In this document: positions 50,676 to 60,779 of the stretch, piece after piece
Layout: each line of letters starts with the position of its first letter
How positions within the stretch are numbered: the first letter of the stretch is position 1
Source of the DNA: Wickerhamiella versatilis
Lineage: Eukaryota
Direction: 5' to 3'
Assembly (NCBI GenBank): GCA_030867685.1
Contig: JAQOWU010000008.1
Coordinates: 806,001 to 870,000 of the forward strand
Length of the DNA: 64,000 nt
The notes under the pieces: generated by a model
Told to the model about the DNA's origin: nothing
Databases searched by the model: none
Seen by the model: only the letters and a program-made list of their open reading frames with translations
Made by a program: the position numbers and the translations under genes

Positions 50676-52553
50676 ATGAAAGCTAGCATGCTTGGTTTTT
50701 TGGCAGTACTAACAGCTGTGTATGCAGTTTTCAGTTCTGAGGCCTTCACAGTGGATTGGGTAAGATCAGGAATTGGTATTCCTCTCTTTGTAGAATCTCC
50801 ACAAGACGCTCGCCATAATAACGATGTCATTGTAGCAACCGATCTTAATGCAATCGCTCGCTTGAATGAACATGGTGAAATCCTTTGGCGCCAAGTACTC
50901 TCTAACAGCGATACAACTGCTGCTGGTATTGCTGTCGTCGATGATGTGTTGCTAACGGGAGGATCACAAATTCACGGTTGGAACACGTCAACTGGCCAGC
51001 TTCTGTGGTGGGTGGATGAGTCTGTAGAATACATCACCTCCGGTGCGGTGGTGCACACAAAAAAAGGTAATTTTCGCCTATCTAGCACTGGGGAACGTAT
51101 TCCCTTCACTGGTCAAGAGGATAAAAGCGAGCCATTAGCATGTGAGAGTGGTTTCTTGACCGTCAGTGAAAAAGGTATCATCCAATTCACATCTCATGAT
51201 GGAGTGCTATATTGGACTAGAGGTGAGGGCCTTTCCGACGTCGTTTCTGCTTGCTTCGTGGATTTACCAGACCCTAATAAGCAGTCAAAGGATATTGACT
51301 GGACCGTAGGATGGTGGAGTCGGCTACAGCGCCATCTGAGTGAGCTCCTAAATTACAGATGGCACTCAATAGATAAGCTACAATTCTTTGGCTTCAAAAA
51401 ATATCTCATCCTAGTGACATCCCGAGGGTCAGTATACGGCCTCGACACTGTAAATCACGGGAAAATTATGTGGGCTCTACATGACCTCCAAGCGACCTCT
51501 GTTCAGTCAAATGGAAGTTTTGTGGAACTTGTCACAGCTGATGGTATACAAAGTCTGTCGTGGGATGGACAACTAGGTGGTCCGATTCAGAAGGAACAAC
51601 CTGAGTTCGATGTACAAGCTGAAGGTACCCAGGTTTTCGGTATTAGAAATGGACGAAAAACCTGGAATTTCGATAGTCAAGCACCTGTAGTAGCCCTGAA
51701 GACCAGAAGTCCAGGTGAAACAGCTAATGTAGGCACGCCCCTGCCTGATGGAAGTGTACTTTACAAATTTCTGAACCCCAACATAGTTGCATTTGCTACT
51801 TATAGTGGTACAAACCTAGAGGTCGTGTTGGTCGATGGTGTTTCGGGTAGGCTCATTGACTCTTCTAGCCATCAGGATCCTGTGATAATTGATCAATCCC
51901 ACCCCTTCAACCTAGTCGTCGGCGAGCATTGGATTGCCTATAGTTACTATTCTCAAGATGAAACCCGATCATTTAAGGTATCTGTGTGGGATCTCTATGA
52001 ATCTGGTCTTCCAAATGTAAGGAAGTCTAGTCTGGACACTATATCTGCGTTTAGTGACCCTGGTTACGCACCAAAAGTTTATAAAGAGACCTTTATTGCT
52101 CCTGGAAATATTAAGTCCCTTGGGTTATCCGCAACTCGCTTCGGGGTCAGTCTTCGTGATATCATAATGGTATTTCCCCACGAAGTCGCTGCAGTCCCTA
52201 AGCAAATGCTCTCTGCGCTACCACTTACTCTCACCTATCCGTCAGCCCAACCTTTGGATCGCCCGACATCATTTGAAATACCTCCACAGGGCCATTTATC
52301 ACATTTCTATGGTGTGGAGGGGGCGCGTGATATTCTCGTCGCTCCATCGAACCTTGAGTCAACCTACTTATTAGCAACTTATGGCGGTATTGACATTTTT
52401 TTCTCCCGCATTGCCCCATCCGGGGATTTTGATCGGCTGGCCTCTACATTCCCGAAGCTAAAGCTTGTTATCATTATTGCTTCTCTAACTGCTGTGGCCA
52501 TAATTCTCTCTCCTCTTGCAAAGCAAAAAAATATTTCTCGAGAATGGAAATAA
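50676..52553 (+). CDS. EMC1: ER membrane protein complex subunit 1
   Basis: Signal peptide plus AVFSSEAFTVDW, GEILWRQ, WTRGEGLS, FGFKK, SVLYKFLNPN, LEST, PSGDFDRL, C-terminal TM. Confidence 0.9.
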   Translation: MKASMLGFLAVLTAVYAVFSSEAFTVDWVRSGIGIPLFVESPQDARHNNDVIVATDLNAIARLNEHGEILWRQVLSNSDTTAAGIAVVDDVLLTGGSQIHGWNTSTGQLLWWVDESVEYITSGAVVHTKKGNFRLSSTGERIPFTGQEDKSEPLACESGFLTVSEKGIIQFTSHDGVLYWTRGEGLSDVVSACFVDLPDPNKQSKDIDWTVGWWSRLQRHLSELLNYRWHSIDKLQFFGFKKYLILVTSRGSVYGLDTVNHGKIMWALHDLQATSVQSNGSFVELVTADGIQSLSWDGQLGGPIQKEQPEFDVQAEGTQVFGIRNGRKTWNFDSQAPVVALKTRSPGETANVGTPLPDGSVLYKFLNPNIVAFATYSGTNLEVVLVDGVSGRLIDSSSHQDPVIIDQSHPFNLVVGEHWIAYSYYSQDETRSFKVSVWDLYESGLPNVRKSSLDTISAFSDPGYAPKVYKETFIAPGNIKSLGLSATRFGVSLRDIIMVFPHEVAAVPKQMLSALPLTLTYPSAQPLDRPTSFEIPPQGHLSHFYGVEGARDILVAPSNLESTYLLATYGGIDIFFSRIAPSGDFDRLASTFPKLKLVIIIASLTAVAIILSPLAKQKNISREWK

Positions 52554-52642
52554 ATCATTCCTTTTTAACTTAAACACTTTTGACGAGCGCCGTACGGGCA
52601 TCCTTATCACCTAATGTGTGTATTAGTCATTTACTCAACCTT

Positions 52643-54001
52643 ATGAAGTATCCAGCCAAATCGCACGCTCAACGAGTTCTTGCGAACTACGGTGATTTCG
52701 CTGGTAGCAAGTCAGCAGTAGACGCAATATACGTTGCAGGTGAATCGGATAGACTTTGGCCGGATTCGGATATCAACGTGCCATTCCGCCAATCTCGATA
52801 CTTCTACTATATCACTGGCGCTGCGGAACCGGACTGTCATGTTCTTTATCATGTTAATTCCATGAAGCTGGTACTTTATCTTCCCCCTATCGATGAAGAC
52901 AGTGTCATGTGGTCGGGATTACCAAAAAGTCCAGAGGAGGCCCTCAAAGAATATGACGTCGACGAAGTTAAATACTCCACCGAACTCAGCAAAGATTTGA
53001 GCAAAATTTCTTCTGTGCTGGGGATTCAGACATACCAGGAGCTCCCTGGTGTGAAAGAAGATTCTCTCCTCAGAGATGCCTTTGACGAGGCGCGTATGAT
53101 CAAGGACTCGCATGAAATAAAGCTTCTCAGGGAAGCCCAAGAAATTACTTATAACTGCCACATGGCAGTAATGAGTGCACTACCTATTGAAACTAATGAA
53201 CGGCATATCCACGCTGAATTTATGTACCATTCAATTCGCCAAGGTTGTAAAACTGCATCTTACGATCCTATTTGCTGCTCCGGTACCAATGCTGGTACAC
53301 TCCACTACGTGAAGAATGATGAGGACCTCCGGGGTAGACAACTAGTATTGATTGATGCTGGTGCTGAGTCCCAATTATATGCGTCTGATGTAACTCGTAC
53401 TTGGCCAATTAATGGACATTGGACTAAAGAGGCGCGCCAGATATACGAGATTGTTGCAAAGATGCAGAAGGAGACGATGGAGAGAATCAGGCCTGGCGTT
53501 CAGTGGGAAGATTTGCATTTCTTGGCCCATCGCATCCTTATCGATGAATTCCTGAAATTAGGGCTTTTTATTGACGGTACTGCGGAAGAAATTTTCAAGT
53601 CAGGCATTTCAAGTGCTTTTTACCCGCATGGGCTTGGTCACATGATGGGTCTTGAAGTGCACGATACCGGTGGAAAACCTAATTATGATGATCCCAATCC
53701 CATGGTCAAGTATTTGCGCATTAGGCGAAAACTGATGGCTGGTATGGTTGTGACCGTGGAGCCCGGTTGTTATTTTAACGACTTCTTGCTAGCACCTCAT
53801 GTCAAAAGCCATAATTATATTAACTGGAGCTTGCTTGAAAATTACAAGCCAGTTGGGGGAGTACGGATTGAGGATGATGTGCTTGTTACTCCGACAGGAT
53901 TTGAAAATTTGACAACCGTCCCCAGCGATGTTGATGAAGTTGCAGCTATCGTCAGAGAGGGAATTTCCAAAGGACGTACTCATTTCCATAACCTTGTTTG
54001 A
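52643..54001 (+). CDS. Xaa-Pro aminopeptidase/prolidase (M24B, YFR006W-like)
   Basis: MKYPAKSHA start; FRQSRYFYYITG, LIDAGAE...YASDVTRT, PHGLGHMMGLEVHD, VTVEPG, GGVRIEDD. Confidence 0.92.
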   Translation: MKYPAKSHAQRVLANYGDFAGSKSAVDAIYVAGESDRLWPDSDINVPFRQSRYFYYITGAAEPDCHVLYHVNSMKLVLYLPPIDEDSVMWSGLPKSPEEALKEYDVDEVKYSTELSKDLSKISSVLGIQTYQELPGVKEDSLLRDAFDEARMIKDSHEIKLLREAQEITYNCHMAVMSALPIETNERHIHAEFMYHSIRQGCKTASYDPICCSGTNAGTLHYVKNDEDLRGRQLVLIDAGAESQLYASDVTRTWPINGHWTKEARQIYEIVAKMQKETMERIRPGVQWEDLHFLAHRILIDEFLKLGLFIDGTAEEIFKSGISSAFYPHGLGHMMGLEVHDTGGKPNYDDPNPMVKYLRIRRKLMAGMVVTVEPGCYFNDFLLAPHVKSHNYINWSLLENYKPVGGVRIEDDVLVTPTGFENLTTVPSDVDEVAAIVREGISKGRTHFHNLV

Positions 54002-54080
54002 TAATGTTACTGGTATATAGCTATATGTAACTAGCTTCTAATAAAATGTCATATATTGTTATTCAACCACCGAGTTGTGT

Positions 54081-55985
54081 CTATGAGGCATCAATGTTAA
54101 AAATCGCTTGCTCAACATTATCATAGAACGCAGGTTTAGGCTGACTCTCCAATAATTCAAGTACTCCCGACCGTGAAAGTGAATCCCATACTTTCAGGTC
54201 TCGAACAAGCTCTGTAAAAACAATACGCACCCCACGTTTTAAATACCGCTCCAGAATCTTAGAAAGAGATACCGCTGCTGTTGCATCAATTTGAGTCATA
54301 CCTTTTAGATGGAAAACTACAGCGTGCAACTCATCGGGCTGATAAGCACTTGGTTGCCCTGGGTGGACTTTCGCTGTCCTGTGGAGTTCAAAGCGGCGAA
54401 GTCGCTCTTCAAATGATGTGATATTGGCAAAAGTCAATGGCTCTGGTATTTTGACTACCAAAATTCCTGAAAAAATATGTCCAGGTGATTCCTCTGGCAT
54501 TTCGTCAGCATTCACAAAAGCTGAAGTACCTGGGTCCTTCGCCAGTATCTGAATACGTGGTCTAGTTGCATGATGTATGATTCTGAATACTGCTACCAAT
54601 ACTCCCGATACCACGCCTGCTTGGACAGACCAGAAAAATGTGACCAGAATGCTGACGATAATTGTCGTTAGATCCGCGACTGAGCGCAAACGCCAAAACG
54701 TTTGCAGGTCCTCTGGCATTTCCGAGATAAGAGATATTCCTATTGACGATATAATTGACGAGAGGACGCACTTAGGCAGAAAATATAAGTATCCCATCAA
54801 CTGGTAAGTTGCGAACAACGTGGTGATACTGGCAACAATAGCGGACATTTGAGTCGTACCACCACTCAGTAGGTTTACCTTAGATCTCCCATAACCCCCA
54901 AATGATGGTAAAGCGCCAAAGAGACCACCAATTAGGTTAGACAACCCAATTGCCACCAGCTCCCGGTTAGCACTCGCGGCCTCTGCATCGCCAAGGAGGC
55001 GCGACGCGACAGTGCTATCTAGAATACCTAAGACAGCGATGAATGAACTTATCTGGAAATTAATTTTGAAGTCGCTCCAGAACCTCGGTCGTAGCATCCA
55101 CTGAATTTCTACTCTTCCTGGGGTGACATCACCCACAATCTCAAGCCCCTTTTCGGCAATACCCAATGACTGGCAGCAAACCGCAGAGATTATCACAATA
55201 AGTAGAATCTCAGGAAACAGAATGGCCTTTTTGTGGCCATCCAATGCTAACCGTGTCTTCAGCTTCTTTATCAATAGTATGCCCAGGAGTGCGCTGCCAG
55301 CGAAGTACACGCTATATTTGTCGGAATCACGCCAATTGTAATAGAGAAATTTCATTTTATCATAAGAAGAGACTCCAGGGGGCAACTCCTTTTTCATCTG
55401 AGAGGAGATCCCAAGTTGGGATGGCAATTGATCGGCTATCATTACGAACCCAACACCACTGATAAAACCTCTCAGAAGCGATTGAGACAATAGGCAGCTT
55501 AAAAATCCTGCACGAAATAAGCCTAACGCAAGCGTGATTCCACCCGCCGTCCCAGCTATCAAAGCCGAAATCTGTTCTGAGTCAAGATCGCTTCTCCCAT
55601 GCATGTGACCCTCATTAAAATAGGGAGCGACAGCCACACTCATGATTAAGGAAGTCGGTCCTTCTGGAGCTACCACCATTGGAGGCACGCCTCCAAGGAA
55701 CGCATAGATAAGTGGAGGTATTATGAGTCCATAAAGGCCACAAATAGGATTCACTCCAGCCAATGACGAGGCATAACTGAGTGATACTGGCAATTGAAAG
55801 CTGGTAAGAGTTAAGCCAGCAAAAAGATCCCCCAGAAAGGACTTACGCCATTCGTATCTACTCATCCATTTGATAGAAGGTATATAATACGCATAGTACC
55901 AACTCGGTCCTAGCCCTCGTGGCAGAACTGCCGTGCTTACACTTCGACTAGGAGCTCTAGGACGTCTCTCACCAGCATCCTCCAT
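54081..55985 (-). CDS. SLC26/SulP anion transporter with STAS domain (YPR003C-like)
   Basis: YYIPSIKW, GDLFAGLTLTSFQLPVSLSYA, NRELVAIG, ALPSFGGYGRSKVN, KIPEPLTFAN. Confidence 0.92.
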   Translation of the reverse strand: MEDAGERRPRAPSRSVSTAVLPRGLGPSWYYAYYIPSIKWMSRYEWRKSFLGDLFAGLTLTSFQLPVSLSYASSLAGVNPICGLYGLIIPPLIYAFLGGVPPMVVAPEGPTSLIMSVAVAPYFNEGHMHGRSDLDSEQISALIAGTAGGITLALGLFRAGFLSCLLSQSLLRGFISGVGFVMIADQLPSQLGISSQMKKELPPGVSSYDKMKFLYYNWRDSDKYSVYFAGSALLGILLIKKLKTRLALDGHKKAILFPEILLIVIISAVCCQSLGIAEKGLEIVGDVTPGRVEIQWMLRPRFWSDFKINFQISSFIAVLGILDSTVASRLLGDAEAASANRELVAIGLSNLIGGLFGALPSFGGYGRSKVNLLSGGTTQMSAIVASITTLFATYQLMGYLYFLPKCVLSSIISSIGISLISEMPEDLQTFWRLRSVADLTTIIVSILVTFFWSVQAGVVSGVLVAVFRIIHHATRPRIQILAKDPGTSAFVNADEMPEESPGHIFSGILVVKIPEPLTFANITSFEERLRRFELHRTAKVHPGQPSAYQPDELHAVVFHLKGMTQIDATAAVSLSKILERYLKRGVRIVFTELVRDLKVWDSLSRSGVLELLESQPKPAFYDNVEQAIFNIDAS

Positions 55986-56088
55986 ATTAAAACGAAAACG
56001 TGGTCACTGGCAAGATGCACTCGAGTATTTGTCAGCCTAATTGACACACATATGTATGGCCAGAAGCTATAGGGACGCATGAACTTAA

Positions 56089-57084
56089 CTATTTTAATTC
56101 GTCTGTAATTTTCGGAACTTCTTCAAAAAGATCACCAATCAATGATATGTCGGCAACCTGTATGATAGGCTCATCTTCATTCTTGTTGACAGCCGCAATA
56201 ACTTTGGCATCCTTCATTCCCGCCAAGTGTTGAATTGCACCCGAGATACCTACGGCAATGTAAATCTCTGGAGCCACAACCTTACCTGTCTGTCCAACTT
56301 GAAGAGAATTATCACAGAATCCAGAGTCAACGGCAGCCCTTGACGCGCCAACCGCTGCACCAATTGCATCAGCCAGTGGATACATAACTTCCTCAAATCC
56401 TTTTTTATCTTTAAGACCCCGTCCACCAGCAACAACCCTGCTCGCAGTGGCCAGATCTGGTCTTTCACTTTCCATAATATTTTCTGAGACAAACTCACTC
56501 GGACGGTCGGCCACAGATAAAGAGGAAACTGCTTCAATAGGAGCACTTGTTTCACTCTCCTTAGCTGGATCAAAGGCAGTTGGGCGTACTGAAATTATCT
56601 GCATATCTTCGGTCGACTCCACAGTTGCTATGGCGTTGCCTGCATATATGGGACGCACAAATTTCTTTTCGCCCAGTATCTTCAACACGTCAGTTATAGG
56701 CTGCTTATCCATAAGAGCTCCAACACGAGGTACAATGTTGCGACCATAAGCACCAGACGCAGCTACTAGATGAATGAATCCACCAGAATTCATAGTTTCA
56801 GCCACGAGTTTAGAAATGGACTCTGGCGCGCCGTGATCATATTCAGGGCTTTCTGCGGTGAGAACCTTAGCCACACCGTCAATTTTCGCGACCTTCGAAG
56901 CCGCTTGTCCCACACTAGATCCAGCAATTATCGCAGTCACGTCTCCACCCAACGCTTTGGCCGCGGTTAATGCAGAAAGTGAACCTGGAACTATTGTGTC
57001 AGATGCATGTTCGACAAGCGCAAGGGTTGACGAAAATCTAAGGCGAGAAGATGGTACAATCGCTCTCGCCAACGACCTAAGCAT
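56089..57084 (-). CDS. AIM45: Electron transfer flavoprotein alpha subunit
   Basis: RPIYAGNA, VVAGGRGLK, VGASRAAVDSG, QVGQTGKVVAPEIYIAVGISGAIQHLAGMK. Confidence 0.96.
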   Translation of the reverse strand: MLRSLARAIVPSSRLRFSSTLALVEHASDTIVPGSLSALTAAKALGGDVTAIIAGSSVGQAASKVAKIDGVAKVLTAESPEYDHGAPESISKLVAETMNSGGFIHLVAASGAYGRNIVPRVGALMDKQPITDVLKILGEKKFVRPIYAGNAIATVESTEDMQIISVRPTAFDPAKESETSAPIEAVSSLSVADRPSEFVSENIMESERPDLATASRVVAGGRGLKDKKGFEEVMYPLADAIGAAVGASRAAVDSGFCDNSLQVGQTGKVVAPEIYIAVGISGAIQHLAGMKDAKVIAAVNKNEDEPIIQVADISLIGDLFEEVPKITDELK

Positions 57085-57115
57085 ATTACTAAGATATTGA
57101 TTGAGATCGAGCGAA

Positions 57116-58060
57116 ATGTCTTCACTTGAAAACCTACTCTATAATAGTTTGATCACAAATATGGAATTACAGCAAGTCAGTTATCCTACTCTTAGAAGCC
57201 ATGAAGATTTTTCAGACATGGATCGTCTTGTTGCTTCCAGCTTTCCCGGTTTATTTCGTGGTCAATCTTCCGTAGTCTTAGACCGAGAAATAACCACTGA
57301 AACAGTGATTAATCCTTTGAAGAACCACGTAGTCCCGATTTCAATGACCCCTTATGGAAATGCGGACTCACCTTTAGGGGATTTTTTCGTTAAGCCCCAC
57401 ACGATTGAAAAGACGGTTGGTTGGTTACTTCAGAAGCTAAAATGTGCAGATAAAAGTGAACCACGTTTCTATTTCCAAAGCCAAGACAATAATTTGAGTT
57501 CTCTACGCAAATTTGGCTGTCCACTACCACCTTATCTCATGAAGATATGCAGCCTCATAGGCGAGCCAGTAGCAGCTAATCTTTGGATTGGCACTATTGG
57601 TACCACAAGTAGGCTTCACTGTGATAATTTTGACAATATATATATTCAAATCGAGGGCAGGAAAAAAATTTTCTTGATCCCTCCAGGGAATTGCTTCGCC
57701 GTTCATGAGAAGTTTCTCACACCGGCAACATATAACGAAAACATGACGCCAGTTGTGGAGGAGGGTCCAAATGTATTGTTTCCAACCATGAATCCTAGCG
57801 ATCCGACCTCACTTAATGCCGATTTACGATCAAGAGTATCTATCTACTGCGTCGAATTAGAACCAGGAGATGTTCTCTTTTTACCAGCCCTGTGGTATCA
57901 CCAAGTAGAAATTATCAGCGAAGGTATCAATGTCTCGGCCAATTATTGGCACACCCCATTCAATTCAGATATTCGATGGGCAGAACACGACTTACTCCGA
58001 CGAATATGTCTTATTCAACGAGGATATACCAATGACAAGGATTATTTTTACGATATTTAA
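57116..58060 (+). CDS. JmjC (cupin-8) 2-oxoglutarate oxygenase, JMJD7-like
   Basis: TPYGNADSP, YFQSQDNNL, NLWIG, LHCDNFDNIY (HxD), PGDVLFLPALWYHQV, SANYW. Confidence 0.85.
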   Translation: MSSLENLLYNSLITNMELQQVSYPTLRSHEDFSDMDRLVASSFPGLFRGQSSVVLDREITTETVINPLKNHVVPISMTPYGNADSPLGDFFVKPHTIEKTVGWLLQKLKCADKSEPRFYFQSQDNNLSSLRKFGCPLPPYLMKICSLIGEPVAANLWIGTIGTTSRLHCDNFDNIYIQIEGRKKIFLIPPGNCFAVHEKFLTPATYNENMTPVVEEGPNVLFPTMNPSDPTSLNADLRSRVSIYCVELEPGDVLFLPALWYHQVEIISEGINVSANYWHTPFNSDIRWAEHDLLRRICLIQRGYTNDKDYFYDI

Positions 58061-58713
58061 ATACGGAGCGCTGGCTCAGAGGATTCAGCGATAATGTGAT
58101 AGCCATTAGGAATGTCATTAAAGTCTGCGCGGGCGTAGGCCTCATCTAAATTGCTCACGATACCACTGGCAAGATGCCTTTTAGCCAACCTATCACGAGC
58201 AATAGCTGGATCGACATCCAAAAACCAGGAATCACTAGCAAATTTGGAAATATCTTTCCAAGGCTCTTTGTTGAGTAGGAGGTAATTCCCTTCAAATAGT
58301 ACGATGGAAACATCTGACGAGACCCTAACTCCATCCTGAACAGGATCTTTGGCTGAATGGTCGAACGACGGACAAGTCACCTCTTTGGGCTGGGATAACT
58401 CTTGAGCAAGTGATACCACAGCATCGGCATCAAACGTAAATGGAGCCCCACGAAACCTGTGGGCTGACTCTGGATCATCCATTTTATCCAGAATCGCTCG
58501 AGGGTAATGCAAACCATCCATTCCTACGGCCAATGTTTTGATTCCCCGAGAACGAAGGGAGTCAGCTACAAGTTCCACTAACGTACTTTTGCCGGATCCA
58601 GGAATTCCAACAATAATTATCAAAATCCTTTTCTTCCCCGACCCATCTAAGTCCTCCTGTGCTCTATCAGCAAGCCTACTCACCAGTTCACGACTCGGTC
58701 CATTTTGTGCCAT
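58057..58713 (-). CDS. YFH7: P-loop kinase of the PRK/URK/PanK family
   Basis: GIPGSGKST, MDGLH, RGAPFTFDA, PSFDHSAKDP, EGNYLLL, RLAKRHLASG, NDIPNG. Confidence 0.88.
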   Translation of the reverse strand: MAQNGPSRELVSRLADRAQEDLDGSGKKRILIIIVGIPGSGKSTLVELVADSLRSRGIKTLAVGMDGLHYPRAILDKMDDPESAHRFRGAPFTFDADAVVSLAQELSQPKEVTCPSFDHSAKDPVQDGVRVSSDVSIVLFEGNYLLLNKEPWKDISKFASDSWFLDVDPAIARDRLAKRHLASGIVSNLDEAYARADFNDIPNGYHIIAESSEPALRI

Positions 58714-58989
58714 CAGTCAGCAGTTGTTATAGTTAGTTTTGCCAGCAAGTGACTAGTCTGACAGGATAACGCGCCACGAATGGTCCTTTATACTTAGTGA
58801 ATATTACAAAAATCTAAGCTAACTGGAAGAGGCAGGCTTGAAACGCTGTATGCAATGGCTACTTCCACGATTTGGATAACTGGTTTCATTTATTCTATAT
58901 ATAAGTCGGGGATTCATCCATATCTCCGAAGGTCTATAGATGCTGCTATATTCTAAATGCCATGTCCACGAATCAACCACTGTATATGT

Positions 58990-59301
58990 CTAAAGGTAAA
59001 AGTCGGTCCATTTCTTTGAATAGTATGCCAGGGATAACAGGCCAACAGCAGTTGCAGCCACGGGTACTGGCCTCGGTGCCTTTATAGCTCGAGTCATTGA
59101 CCCTGCAGCAACAAGAGCAGATGCCGCCATAGCTGTTTCTAACCCCCAATCCTTATTTTCCTGCACCAATTTGCCTGCAAATCCAAACATGCCACCAAGC
59201 ACAAGTCCTCCAACGATATTACGAGAAATTCCATGCCGGGTAAAGCTTACAATGCTACTTCCAGCACATAGTGCTGCCATAGTATATGCGGGGTGTTCCA
59301 T
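58990..59301 (-). CDS. TMEM14-family small membrane protein (YJR085C-like)
   Basis: ATG 59301 MEHPAYTMA; Gly/Ala-rich helices; NKDWGLETA, PVPV, YYSKKWTDFY. Confidence 0.8.
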   Translation of the reverse strand: MEHPAYTMAALCAGSSIVSFTRHGISRNIVGGLVLGGMFGFAGKLVQENKDWGLETAMAASALVAAGSMTRAIKAPRPVPVAATAVGLLSLAYYSKKWTDFYL

Positions 59302-59924
59302 CTCGGTATAAAACAGTTGATGATTAAGTCTCCGTTTTCTCGGTCTGTACGATATGATTACACGCCCACCGAATTCTCTGTCCAAATTCCGATCACACCT
59401 AAGGCGGAGTTGCTAATGGGCAATTGACCTGATACTGAGATTTATGCTTTGCTCTTTTAAAATGCCTCCCCGCTAAGGCAGAAAAGGCCCCGCCGCTAAA
59501 GAAGGAGAAGGTCTGAGAACGGGATTAATTCGGCAATTGGCGGTGACGTTAATTACAAAATCAGAATATCATAGGTTCAGTCTCTTCTCATATTATTTTC
59601 ATATTGTAATTTCCTATTCCGGGAGAAGCATCGTGATATTGAGTTATCGACGTGTAAACGGTCCATACCAACATTTACAAAAACGAGAAGTAATTATTAA
59701 ACACGGCCAAGCATAGATTTATATAGTGGTCTCGGCTACATATTATTTACAAGCTCACTATACCATATTAACCAATATATTACGGCCATTGCTGCCAATT
59801 TCGGGAATTGCGAGTTATTATACCCTAACATCGATTTTCTTTCTCCACACCACATTACTGATCTGTCTTTGCCTTCTTCGAGCCATTTTTTTTGCTAAGC
59901 TGAGGCACACTTGTCTTTGCTATA

Positions 59925-60647
59925 ATGATATTTACCATGACCAATGGCTTGCAGCTAGACTGTGGTGCCGTGCATGATAAGCAAAATGTTGAGCATATAG
60001 AATGTGCCACTATTCCTTTGCGCGAGTCCCTTCCTCGGGATTTCTCTCGGTATTATGAGCCGGAAGTCTATGCAAATGAAAAAAATATCAATGAAATTGG
60101 TCGCCCAAAACATACCGACAGAAATTTGGTCGATTGGGGTCTTAACGATGTCCGCTCGCTCCTCTTTCGACCGGAGAAGGCACGTGAGTGGCCAAAAATT
60201 CAAGAGCCGGGGTTTCATATTGTTAGTTTGCCGTTAGATGCATCAGACGATGTCCTTGTCGGCATTCTGGCGCATTCTGATTTGTTTAAGGAACATAAAT
60301 GGCTCACCGTTCATGTTCGTTCTGAAATTGCTGCACATGTAGTTCATGCTGCTCGCGAGGCCTCGGGTGGTAAGTCCTGTCTTACACTTCCCCAATGGCG
60401 ACATATGGTTGAGGAATACATGCTTAATCTAGCATGTCAGGTGCAGTGTCGTCTAGACTTTCGAAAAAGTCTAAGCCAGTTGAAACAAACTAAAAGCGAA
60501 ATATATGGTTCAGATACTGATAGTTGCTCTCCCCCTGAACTGCAACCAGAACACGTTACCGTTGAGGAACGCTGTCGGCTTTGGCGCAGCTGTCAAAAGG
60601 CCCTTTACAATAGGCTGAACCTTGACTGGAAGCTAGATCAACTTTAA
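59925..60647 (+). CDS. STD1: Std1/Mth1-family glucose-signalling corepressor
   Basis: LRESLPRDF, GRPKHTDRNLVDWGLNDVRSLL, LPLDASDD...SDLFKEH, WRHMVEEYMLNLACQVQCRLDF, LNLDW. Confidence 0.85.
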   Translation: MIFTMTNGLQLDCGAVHDKQNVEHIECATIPLRESLPRDFSRYYEPEVYANEKNINEIGRPKHTDRNLVDWGLNDVRSLLFRPEKAREWPKIQEPGFHIVSLPLDASDDVLVGILAHSDLFKEHKWLTVHVRSEIAAHVVHAAREASGGKSCLTLPQWRHMVEEYMLNLACQVQCRLDFRKSLSQLKQTKSEIYGSDTDSCSPPELQPEHVTVEERCRLWRSCQKALYNRLNLDWKLDQL

Positions 60648-60779
60648 TTTTGTTATGGATGGTGATGTGATGGTACCTTTTTAAGTTAATGATCAGTTAT
60701 GTTCAATTAAATTATCTGTGCAGAGATCTAGCTTATGACCTTAAATGAGACGAGATTTGCTTATTAACGTGGGTTTCCA

